Assembly (NCBI GenBank): GCA_035352635.1
Contig: DAOPYA010000003.1
Location: forward strand, 21,506 to 85,505
From: Candidatus Rifleibacterium sp.
GTDB lineage: Bacteria; Muiribacteriota; Ozemobacteria; Ozemobacterales; Ozemobacteraceae
DNA: 64,000 bases
Direction of reading: 5' to 3'
Both the position numbers and the translations under genes were made by a program. Position 1 is the stretch's first letter. The number at the start of each line of letters is the position of its first letter. Below, piece by piece: positions 34,790 to 44,000 of this stretch. The notes beneath the pieces were generated by a model that saw only the letters and a program-made list of their open reading frames with translations, was not told the origin of the DNA and did not search any database.

Positions 34790-35352
34790 ACATACTTCGC
34801 GATTTTCAGACAGCAGGCTACGACCTGTTTATTGCCGGCCTGAACAATTCACACTCGGGTAACATGAGCGTGCGAAACAACCGGATGATGGCGATTACCC
34901 GCAGCGGCTCAATGCTGCATCGTCTCGACTACAACGACATCGTCGAGACCCTCATAGACGGTGAAGATGCCGAAACTCCAAGGGCCTCACGCGAGCGACC
35001 AGTTCATCGCGCCATTTATCAGCAGACTGACGCCCTGGCAATAGTGCATGCACACCCACCGCAACTGATTGCCCTGTCGTTCTTCACTGACCTGTTTGTG
35101 CCGATCGATGCGGAGGGGCGCTATTTCTTTCCGGATGGTGTGCCGGTTATCGAAGTTGCCAATGCCATCGCCTCTGAAGAGGTGGCGGCAAGGGTTTCGC
35201 CATTACTGGCTCGGGTGCCAGTTGTTATTGTGCGCGGTCACGGCACTTTTGCTATCGGTACGACTCTCGAAGACGGTTTTCACCATACCAGCAGTCTGGA
35301 ACACAGCGCCAGGATTGCTTCAGCCTATAGAGTTAATTCAAACTTAAAATAA
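34786..35352 (+). CDS. mtnB: class II aldolase/adducin-family protein, probable methylthioribulose-1-phosphate dehydratase
   Basis: SGNMSVRNN..MAITRSGS and HAHPP motifs. It is translationally coupled (ATGA overlap) to mtnA. Confidence 0.6.
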   Translation: MNILRDFQTAGYDLFIAGLNNSHSGNMSVRNNRMMAITRSGSMLHRLDYNDIVETLIDGEDAETPRASRERPVHRAIYQQTDALAIVHAHPPQLIALSFFTDLFVPIDAEGRYFFPDGVPVIEVANAIASEEVAARVSPLLARVPVVIVRGHGTFAIGTTLEDGFHHTSSLEHSARIASAYRVNSNLK

Positions 35353-35363
35353 GGACACCTGCA

Positions 35364-38300
35364 ATGCTTTTCGAAAAACCAGAAAATACAGTTTCAGCGC
35401 GACGCGAAGAAGAGATTCTGAAATACTGGGAACAGGAAGATATTTTCCAGAAGTCGATGAAGAACCGCGAAGGCGCGAAGAAATTTGTATTCTTCGAAGG
35501 CCCGCCAACCGCCAACGGCTCCCCGCACCCCGGTCACGTTCTGACCAAAGCGATGAAAGACCTGGTGCCGCGCTATAAAACCATGTGCGGTTTTCATGTC
35601 GGGCGCAAGGCTGGCTGGGATACCCACGGTCTGCCGGTCGAGCTCGAAGTCGAAAAGCAGCTGGGCATCGAGAGCAAGCAGGATATCGAAAAATACGGCA
35701 TCGAAAATTTTATCAAGAAGTGTCGTGAAAGCGTCTTCAAATATGAAGCGCAATGGCGGGCCATGGTGAACCGCGGCGGTTTCTGGATCGACATGAACGA
35801 CCCCTATATCACCTGCACCAACAAGTATATTGAAACCGTCTGGTGGATGCTTGGCCAGTTCTGGAAGGAAGGCATGCTTTACGAAGGGCACAAGGTCGTT
35901 CCTTACTGCCCGCGCTGTGGCACGGCGCTTTCTTCGCACGAAGTTGCCCAGGGCTATCGCGAAGTCGAAGATCCATCGGTTTACGTCAGATTTGCCATAA
36001 AAGATCAGCCCGATACCAGCTTTCTGGTCTGGACAACCACCCCCTGGACGCTAATTTCTAACGTTGCGCTTGCAGTAGGCAAAGACATTGACTACGTCAA
36101 AGTGAAGCTGAACGAAGAATACCTGATTCTGGCCAAAGCCCGGCTCGAAGTGCTGAACGGCGAAGGCGAAATCGTCGATACCATGAAGGGCGAAAAGCTC
36201 CTCAATATCGAATATCAGCAGCTTTATACCTATGTTAAGCCACAAAAAAGAGCACATTATGTGATTGCCGGCGATTTCGTATCGACTGAAGATGGCTCGG
36301 GTATCGTTCATATCGCCCCGGCTTTCGGCGAAGACGACTATCGGGTTGGTAAAGAAAACGATCTGCCGGTAATTCAGCCGGTCGGTCTCGACGGCAAGTT
36401 CAAAGACGAAGTCACCCCCTGGAAGGGCATTTTCGTCAAAAAAGCCGACCCGGATATCATCAAAGAGCTAAAAACCAGCAAGCGCCTTTTCGCTTCGGCA
36501 AAAATCAAGCACACTTACCCATTTTGCTGGCGTTGCGACAGCCCGCTGCTTTATTACGCACGCCACAGCTGGTTCATCAAGGCCACGGCCTTCAAAGACG
36601 AAGTTCTCAAGAACAACGACCTGATCAACTGGTATCCGGCGCACATCAAGGAAGGCCGCTTTCTGAACTTTCTTGAAAACATGATCGACTGGGCCATTTC
36701 ACGTGACCGCTACTGGGGCACACCACTGCCGATCTGGGTCTGCACCGCATGCAAACACCATCATCTTGTTGACAGCATTGCCAATCTTAAGGAACTGGGC
36801 CGCAATGTTCCTGATGACATTGAGCTTCACAAGCCTTACGTTGACCAGATCGAACTGACCTGCCCAAAATGTTCGGCGGGCATGAAGCGGGTTCCCGAGG
36901 TCATCGACTGCTGGTTCGATTCTGGCGCCATGCACACCGCCCAGTGGCATTACCCATTCGAAAACCAAGAAACGTTCAAAGAAAATTTTCCGGCCGATTT
37001 CATCTGTGAAGCCGTCGATCAGACTCGCGGCTGGTTTTACAGTCTGTTGGTGACCAGCACTTTCCTGCACAAAGCGCCCGCCTACAAAAACGTTGTCGTT
37101 CTCGGGCTGATCTGCGACAAAAATGGCATCAAGATGAGCAAGTCGAAGGGAAACGTGCTTGACTGCATGGCATTATTCGACAAATACGGTGCCGATGCTG
37201 TTCGCTGGTCGCTCTACAGTGGCACTGCCCCATGGAACACCCGCAGATTTTACGAAGAAGCGATTGCTGAGTCTCAGAAACGTTATCTAGGCACCTTGCA
37301 GAACGTTTATAGTTTCTTTGTGCTGTATGCCAACATTGAAAACTTTAACCCGCAGCAGCACTCGATCAACGTCGCTGATCGCCCCGAAATCGACCGCTGG
37401 ATCATTTCGCGGTTCAATCACACCGCCGATGAAGTTCGCAAGGCCATGGACCGCTTTGAAGTAGTCTGGGCCACCGGGCACATGGAAAAGTTCGTCGATG
37501 ATCTTTCGAACTGGTATGTGCGCCGCAGTCGTCGCCGTTTCTGGAACAGCAGCACCGGTGGCGATTCAATCAGCGCCTTTTTGACCCTTTATGAAGTGCT
37601 GGTCGGTTTTGCCAAGCTCACCGCACCGTTCACCCCGTTCATTGCTGAAGACATTTATCGCAATCTGGCTGTCAATATTGACAAGCAGACCCATCAGAGC
37701 GTGCATCTCACCGACTACCCGACTGCCCGTGAAGAACTGATTGACGAACAGCTTGAACGCAAGATGGAATTCGTAATGAAGGTGGTGCAGCTTGGCCGCG
37801 CCGCCCGCAACGAAGCCAATCTCAAAGTCAGACAACCCCTTGCCGAAATGAAGGTTGTGGTAGTTGATGATTTTGAGCGCAACGCCCTCAAAGACATGGA
37901 AAATCTGCTGCAGGAAGAGTTGAACATCAAGGAAATCTGCGCGGTGAGCGATGCTGCCAGCCTGGTTCGCTACGTGGCCAAACCCAATTTTCGCACGATC
38001 GGCCAGGGGCCATTGAAGGGCATGATTCCGCAAATCAAGGCGCATCTTGAACAGGCAGATGGCAATGAAGTGCGCCAACAACTGGCCAACGGCGGTTATG
38101 AATTTTCACTTGACGGCAAACCGGTGACTCTCAAACCTGAAGAAGTCGATATGCAGGCCCAGGCTTCGAGCGACTTTGCGGTGCAGTCAGAAGGTTCGCT
38201 CAGTATTGCCCTGAAGAAAGTTCTTTCTCGGGAGCTCATTCTTGAAGGTCTGGCCCGCGAACTGGTCAACAAGATACAATTCATGCGCAAAGAACGGGGC

Positions 38301-38519
38301 TTCGATATTGTCGATAGAATCAGAGTCGGGTATGATGTAATTGATACTGACATGCAGAAAGACATCGACGATTCAGTCAGCCAGTTTGGCGCTTACATCA
38401 CCCAGGAAACACTGGCCCGCCGCATCGGTGCTATCGATGCATCAACTGGCGAAGCCGCCGAATGGAACATTAACGGCATCAGAGTTAGGCTCGGGATTGC
38501 CAGGGAGGCATCAGAATGA
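35364..38519 (+). CDS. ileS: isoleucine--tRNA ligase, type 2
   Basis: HIGH motif region PTANGSPHPGHV, KMSKSKGN, the WCISRQRYWG-like segment WAISRDRYWGTPLP and a zinc-binding CxxC; 1051 aa. Confidence 0.95.
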   Translation: MLFEKPENTVSARREEEILKYWEQEDIFQKSMKNREGAKKFVFFEGPPTANGSPHPGHVLTKAMKDLVPRYKTMCGFHVGRKAGWDTHGLPVELEVEKQLGIESKQDIEKYGIENFIKKCRESVFKYEAQWRAMVNRGGFWIDMNDPYITCTNKYIETVWWMLGQFWKEGMLYEGHKVVPYCPRCGTALSSHEVAQGYREVEDPSVYVRFAIKDQPDTSFLVWTTTPWTLISNVALAVGKDIDYVKVKLNEEYLILAKARLEVLNGEGEIVDTMKGEKLLNIEYQQLYTYVKPQKRAHYVIAGDFVSTEDGSGIVHIAPAFGEDDYRVGKENDLPVIQPVGLDGKFKDEVTPWKGIFVKKADPDIIKELKTSKRLFASAKIKHTYPFCWRCDSPLLYYARHSWFIKATAFKDEVLKNNDLINWYPAHIKEGRFLNFLENMIDWAISRDRYWGTPLPIWVCTACKHHHLVDSIANLKELGRNVPDDIELHKPYVDQIELTCPKCSAGMKRVPEVIDCWFDSGAMHTAQWHYPFENQETFKENFPADFICEAVDQTRGWFYSLLVTSTFLHKAPAYKNVVVLGLICDKNGIKMSKSKGNVLDCMALFDKYGADAVRWSLYSGTAPWNTRRFYEEAIAESQKRYLGTLQNVYSFFVLYANIENFNPQQHSINVADRPEIDRWIISRFNHTADEVRKAMDRFEVVWATGHMEKFVDDLSNWYVRRSRRRFWNSSTGGDSISAFLTLYEVLVGFAKLTAPFTPFIAEDIYRNLAVNIDKQTHQSVHLTDYPTAREELIDEQLERKMEFVMKVVQLGRAARNEANLKVRQPLAEMKVVVVDDFERNALKDMENLLQEELNIKEICAVSDAASLVRYVAKPNFRTIGQGPLKGMIPQIKAHLEQADGNEVRQQLANGGYEFSLDGKPVTLKPEEVDMQAQASSDFAVQSEGSLSIALKKVLSRELILEGLARELVNKIQFMRKERGFDIVDRIRVGYDVIDTDMQKDIDDSVSQFGAYITQETLARRIGAIDASTGEAAEWNINGIRVRLGIAREASE

Positions 38520-39643
38520 GATTTCAACTTCCGCTCAAGACACTGACCGAAACAGTTGCCATGGTCAGCAAGGCTGTGGCCGCCAAGGGCATCAAACCGA
38601 TTCTTGCCAACCTTCTGATTACAGCGCAGAACAACCAGTTGCGCTTTGTCGGCACTGATCTTGAAGTAATGATGATTTCGACCATCGAGGCAGAAATCGA
38701 AGAAAACGGCAGTTTCACCATTCCGGCGAAGCTGATTCAAGAGATCATCACCAGTATTCCGGCCGACGAAAACACCGTTACCCGCTTTGAACTCACCGAT
38801 GCCGATGCCAACGAAATTACCATCATCAGCGGCCGCAGCAAATACACCCTGCAGATTCAAAGTATCGAAGATTTCCCGCCGGTTCCGGTGGTCGAAGAAG
38901 AAGGCTTGCCGGTATTTCAGGCCCCGGGCAATGCTATGGCCCGCGCCCTTAAAGAAGCCGGAGTGGCCATGAGCGTCGAAGACGGCAACCCGGTTCAAAA
39001 AAGTATCTGCATCGACTTCAGCAATCAGGATCGGCCGGTGATGGCATCAACCGACAGCAAACGACTCGCAGTTACCAGAATTCAGAGCATTCAGGTTCCG
39101 GAAATTTTTCGCCGGGCTTTTATCGTGCCTTCTCGGGCGGTTGCCGAGCTGCAGAAGCTCTTTGAGAGCAACGAGCAGATAACCATTGGCCTGTATAAAG
39201 AACAACTTGTTTTCAGTTCGCCGCAATTTCAGCTGATCACCCGCCTGGTTGAAGGTCGGTTTCCTGACTACAACAGAGTTCTGCCCAAAGAATCGAGCCG
39301 CATTCTCAAGCTCAAACGCAAAGAACTGACCCAGTCACTGAAAGCAGTGGTTCCGATCGCCAGAAACATCAGCGGCCTTGTGCATTTCGATGTTTCTGCC
39401 AACGAAACCAAAATCTGGTCAGATGCGAAAGAGCAGGGCAAGGCTGAATCTTTTCTGCAATCTGAACTCAACGGTGAACCAATTAACATAGCCTTCAATG
39501 TCAAGTTCCTGCAGGATTTTCTGAACGTTCTCGATGACGAAGAAGTGGTAATCGAAATGACCACCCCGAGCTACCCTGGTATGATGCGCCCGGGCAACCC
39601 TGAATCGGAATTCAAATACGTCGTGATGCCGATGTCTTATTAA
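38516..39643 (+). CDS. dnaN: DNA polymerase III beta sliding clamp
   Basis: MRFQLPLKTLTETVAMVSKAVAAKGIKPILANLLITAQNNQLRFVGTDLEV..., 375 aa with three-domain colinearity to DnaN. ATGA overlap with ileS. Confidence 0.9.
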   Translation: MRFQLPLKTLTETVAMVSKAVAAKGIKPILANLLITAQNNQLRFVGTDLEVMMISTIEAEIEENGSFTIPAKLIQEIITSIPADENTVTRFELTDADANEITIISGRSKYTLQIQSIEDFPPVPVVEEEGLPVFQAPGNAMARALKEAGVAMSVEDGNPVQKSICIDFSNQDRPVMASTDSKRLAVTRIQSIQVPEIFRRAFIVPSRAVAELQKLFESNEQITIGLYKEQLVFSSPQFQLITRLVEGRFPDYNRVLPKESSRILKLKRKELTQSLKAVVPIARNISGLVHFDVSANETKIWSDAKEQGKAESFLQSELNGEPINIAFNVKFLQDFLNVLDDEEVVIEMTTPSYPGMMRPGNPESEFKYVVMPMSY

Positions 39644-39664
39644 TAAAGGAAGCGGGATATAAAT

Positions 39665-40978
39665 ATGAGCAGAATTGATTCTACGAAGCTGCGCCGCGAA
39701 CTTGTCAGTGAAAAATCAGAAGTCAGAAAGGCAGCAATTGCTGAATTAAAGAGTTTTTCGGCTGAAGAAGCCCTGCCATTGCTGACCGAACTGCTGAACT
39801 GCAAAAATGACGATGTGCTGACTGATATCGGCAAATCTATGGCGGCCTACAAAGACGAGGCATTGCCATACCTGATCAAAGCCCTGAGTTCTGAAAGCTA
39901 TAATCAGCGCCGTGGTGCATCTATAGCGCTCGCCCGTCTTGGCCCGACCTCGCTGAACAAACTCATGGCCATGATTCCGGAAAACGAAGAAGACGTAGAT
40001 TACTGGATGGTTCAGACCCTCGGCAACATGGGCGGAGAAGCTGTTCAATACCTCGTCAGGATTTTCAGGCACCCAAATCAGAAAATTCGCATAGCAGCCA
40101 TCAGAGCGGCTCAGAACATTAACGACCCAAGAATGGTTGTTTCATTGCTGCATCTGCTCGAAGAGCAGAACTGGCCGATACGCAAGGCAGCTTACGACAG
40201 CCTTGAAAAAATCTATACCTGCAATCAGCAGGCAGTTGCCTCGGCCCTTGAAAGCAGCAGCGAGGAAGCGAAATTCTGGATCATCAAACTGCTGTCGCAG
40301 CAGGCTGCACCTCAGCTGGTGCCGCAGTTTGCCCGAATCGTCGAGTCAGCCCCCATGGAATCAAAGCTAGAGGCAATCAAAGCTCTGGCGATGGTTGAAA
40401 ACGCGGAAGCTCACCGACTGCTGGTCGGCTACCTGGCGCACAAATCCTGGATAATCAGAAAAACTGCTGCCGATGCGATCTGGGCGCAGGGGCTTGGGGT
40501 ATCAGAAGAACTGATGTCGGCCATCAAAGGCGCCAACGTCGATGCGCGCTACTGGTCAGTCAAGCTTCTTGGCCAATCCCGTGAACCTCAGATTTTTGAA
40601 GAAATTGTCAAATGTCTTCAGGACAGTCAGCACTCAGTGCGCTCAGCCGCGTGTCAGGCCCTCGGGTCTCTTGGCGACAAACGGGCACTGGCGCCTTTAA
40701 TGACCATGCTCAACGATGAATCAGAAGAAGTTAGAACGGCAGCGATTCTGTCGCTGAGTCAGCTTGGCGACCGCGAAGAAATTCAGCCCAAATCGGCACT
40801 GCCGGCGCACATCCGCAAGGAAAACATGCTTCCATGCACTAAATGCGGGAAGCTGGTCGGTCGAAACTTCAGTTTTTGCCCATTTTGCATGACCCATCTG
40901 CGCAACAGCTGCCGCCATTGCGGCCGGGTCGTTGAAGCGGGCTGGAAGGGCTGCCCGGACTGCGGAGCGCCTGTGTGA
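39665..40978 (+). CDS. HEAT/PBS-lyase repeat protein with C-terminal double zinc ribbon
   Basis: Repeated units (E/D)xxVR..A..ALG.LGD, and C-terminal CTKCGKLV..CPFCMTHL..CRHCGRVV..CPDCGAPV. Confidence 0.6.
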   Translation: MSRIDSTKLRRELVSEKSEVRKAAIAELKSFSAEEALPLLTELLNCKNDDVLTDIGKSMAAYKDEALPYLIKALSSESYNQRRGASIALARLGPTSLNKLMAMIPENEEDVDYWMVQTLGNMGGEAVQYLVRIFRHPNQKIRIAAIRAAQNINDPRMVVSLLHLLEEQNWPIRKAAYDSLEKIYTCNQQAVASALESSSEEAKFWIIKLLSQQAAPQLVPQFARIVESAPMESKLEAIKALAMVENAEAHRLLVGYLAHKSWIIRKTAADAIWAQGLGVSEELMSAIKGANVDARYWSVKLLGQSREPQIFEEIVKCLQDSQHSVRSAACQALGSLGDKRALAPLMTMLNDESEEVRTAAILSLSQLGDREEIQPKSALPAHIRKENMLPCTKCGKLVGRNFSFCPFCMTHLRNSCRHCGRVVEAGWKGCPDCGAPV

Positions 40979-41003
40979 CAGTTTGAACAACAGGGGGCCA
41001 GAA

Positions 41004-44000
41004 ATGAGCCGAAAACAACTTGCAGCTTTTTTAAGCATTGCTGTAATTGTGTTTTCGGTTCTTTTTTATCAACCATTGCTGGCCGACCAGGAACCCGAAG
41101 TCATTAAAATCGGCATACTTGATAAAGAAAGCGTTGGTGGCTGGAACTACGAATGGCAGGAGACCGTAGATTTTCTCAACAGTGAAATCAAGGAACATCA
41201 CTTTGAAAAAATCATGCTGCCATGGCGCGAACTGCGTGCTGCGGTAGATGACGGTACTGTTGATTTTATCATAGCCAGCCCGATTTTCAGTGTTGAAGCT
41301 GGCATGGAAGGCCAGATGACGGTAATTGCGACCCTGAAGCGCGAGAGTGAAAAAATTGAAGCTTTCGATAATCTTTTGGGGTCAGTAATTTTCTGGCGTG
41401 CTGATGACAAGAACATCAAAACGCTCTGGGACATCACCAACAAGCGTCTTGCTGCCGGCCCGGTGCAATCAATAGGGGGTTGGCTGGCCGCGGTACGAGA
41501 ATTTGCTGACCGGGGCATCGACCTGCGCAAGGCCTGCCGCACCATCAAGCATCATTCTGACACCCGAAAAATCGTTGATGAGGTTCTCTCTGGCGAGGCT
41601 GATTTCGGAATCTGTCAGACGGCGAGTCTTGAATCCCTCGCCCGGCAAGGGCAGTTCGACATGCGATCGATTACCTATAGTCGTGAACTCTACCTTCACA
41701 CTGAATCTCTGCCATTCGCCTGCTCAACCCGTCTCTACCCTGAATGGTCTTTTGCCAGGGCCAGGCATACCAACGAAAATCTGGTTGAAAGGGTTAACCT
41801 GGCTATTCTAAAAATGTCGAATATCGATGTTCCAAAAAAGATCACCTGGGGTATCGCGGCAAACTATGCCCAGGTTCACCAGCTCATGCAGGTTCTCAGG
41901 CTTGAACCCTACAACCAGGATAATTCTCTGGTATCTTCCCTGATCAAACGTTTCAAAAACTGGATCGCCATACTGCTAACTGCCACCCTTTTGCTCGGAG
42001 TTGGCATGTTTTATCTGTTGGCGCTGAATCGAAGGCTGCGAAACCTCAGCAGTGAACTCGAAAATCAGAAGTCTTTTCTCAAGCACCTGATCGACTCAAT
42101 TCCTGACTATATCTTTGTTAAAGATTTTCAGGGTCATTATCTGCTCTGCAATGAATCTTTTGCCCGGGCCTTTAACTGCAAAGCTGACCAGATCGACGGC
42201 AAAACCGACGCAGAGGTTTTGCCTGGGGGTGAACCCTTGCTGGCGCCCTTACAGGCGCCTTCAGAGTTCGGGGTCAGCGAAAAAATCACCCGCGAGATTG
42301 ATCTGCCTGATTCAACGACCATATTCGGTGAAATCATCAGGGTGACCTGCCAGCTGAAAGACCTCGAAGAGCCGAGAATTGTCGGTATTATTCGCGATGT
42401 TTCGGTCAGTTACCGGGCACGCCAACGCCAGGAACAACGCGAAAAGCTGATTTCAGGCATAGCGCAAGCCGCTCACCTGATTGTCGGCGCTGAATCAACC
42501 GTCGAAGAAGCTATGCCCGGCGCCCTTGATGCGATAGCCACGGCAGTTGGCGCCGACCGGATCGGCCTGATAAGAAACTCAGACCCAGCCAACCCGGCTG
42601 AGAGTCCGATAAGTTTTCGCTGCTTCTCATGTTATTGCAAAAACGAGCACCATTGCCACAATCAGACAGCAGAAATAGTTGCCGATGCAATCAGAAACAA
42701 CGCCCGAAAGCTCTATGCCGGTTCGGCTATTGGCCGCACCATTGCCGAATTTTCGCCTGAAACACAGGCCAAGCTGCGGGCTGTTGGGGTCAAATCATTG
42801 TTGATCATACCGGTCTTCGTTCACAAAAAGTTCTGGGGTTGCCTTGAAGTGCACGCGATCACTGAAGAACGGCGCTGGTTTGATTTTGAGATTTCTGCCC
42901 TGCTGCTGGCAGCAGATATTTTTGGTTCGATGATTGAGCGAAGTAACGACTTCAGACAACTGCTCGACTACCGTGACCGGTTGCGCCTTGCGCTTGATTC
43001 TGCCGGGTTGTTTCTCTGGGAGTTTGATTTCGAAAACAAAATAAACAATACTCCCGATGACCTTTATAACAACCTGGGCTATTCAGGAACAAGTGAAATT
43101 GAGGCGCAGCGTCAGCTAGGGTTTGAGATTTTTCACCCTGATGACCAGCATCTGATAAGAAATATTGCTGAAGTCGAAAACTGCCAGTTCGAAGTGCGCC
43201 TGAAAAGCGCGGCAGAGCGGTTTATCTGGCACTCATTCATCGGGCGAAACTATTTTGGCAGCAATCGCCAGCATATCAAACTGATCGGGTTTTTCAGAAA
43301 CACCTCAATTGAGCACGAAAACGCCATGCTGCTGCGCATGGAAGAAGCCCGAAACGCCCACGCCCTCACGGCCGCCCACGCGGCAAGCTGGGAATACAAG
43401 CCTGAAGAACGCCGGTTTTTCTGGTCAGGGCACATCAAGAACCTGCTTGGTTACAGCCCCGAAATCTTTTCTCCAAATATTCAGTCGGTCTACCAGGTTA
43501 TTCACCCCGACGACCTGCCAGAAGCCAAGGCGGCTGTGCGTGAGTTTCTGGCTTCGGGCAAAGAACTGCGTTTCGACTGCCGGTTACGCAGATTTGACGG
43601 TTCTTATTCATGGTTCACTAACCTCGGCACCCAGGTCAAAGACCCTGAACTGGCTGAATATCGTTATTACGGCATCCTGATCGATATTTCTGAAACAAGG
43701 GCTTTGCAGCAGAATCTTCTCGAAGCAAGCAATCATGCCCGCGAAATGGCGCTACAGGCTCAACAGGCCAGCCAGGCCAAAACCGAGTTTCTCGCCAACA
43801 TGTCGCATGAGATCAGAACCCCGATGAATGGCATTCTCGGCATGCTCGAACTCTTGATGACCACAGACCTGAATACCCGTCAGAAAGAATTCGCCGATTT
43901 GATTTATCGATCATCGCATGCCCTTTTGAACATTTTGAATTCAGTTCTCGACCTGTCGAAGATTGAAGCGGGCAAACTGGTTCTTGAACCAGTGAGCATT

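Noticed and set aside
35394-38998. Multiple minus-strand ORFs (for example 35394-35939, 37566-38081, 38393-38998) inside ileS/dnaN
   Set aside because: They are antisense to two of the best-supported genes in the window and have no conserved motifs.
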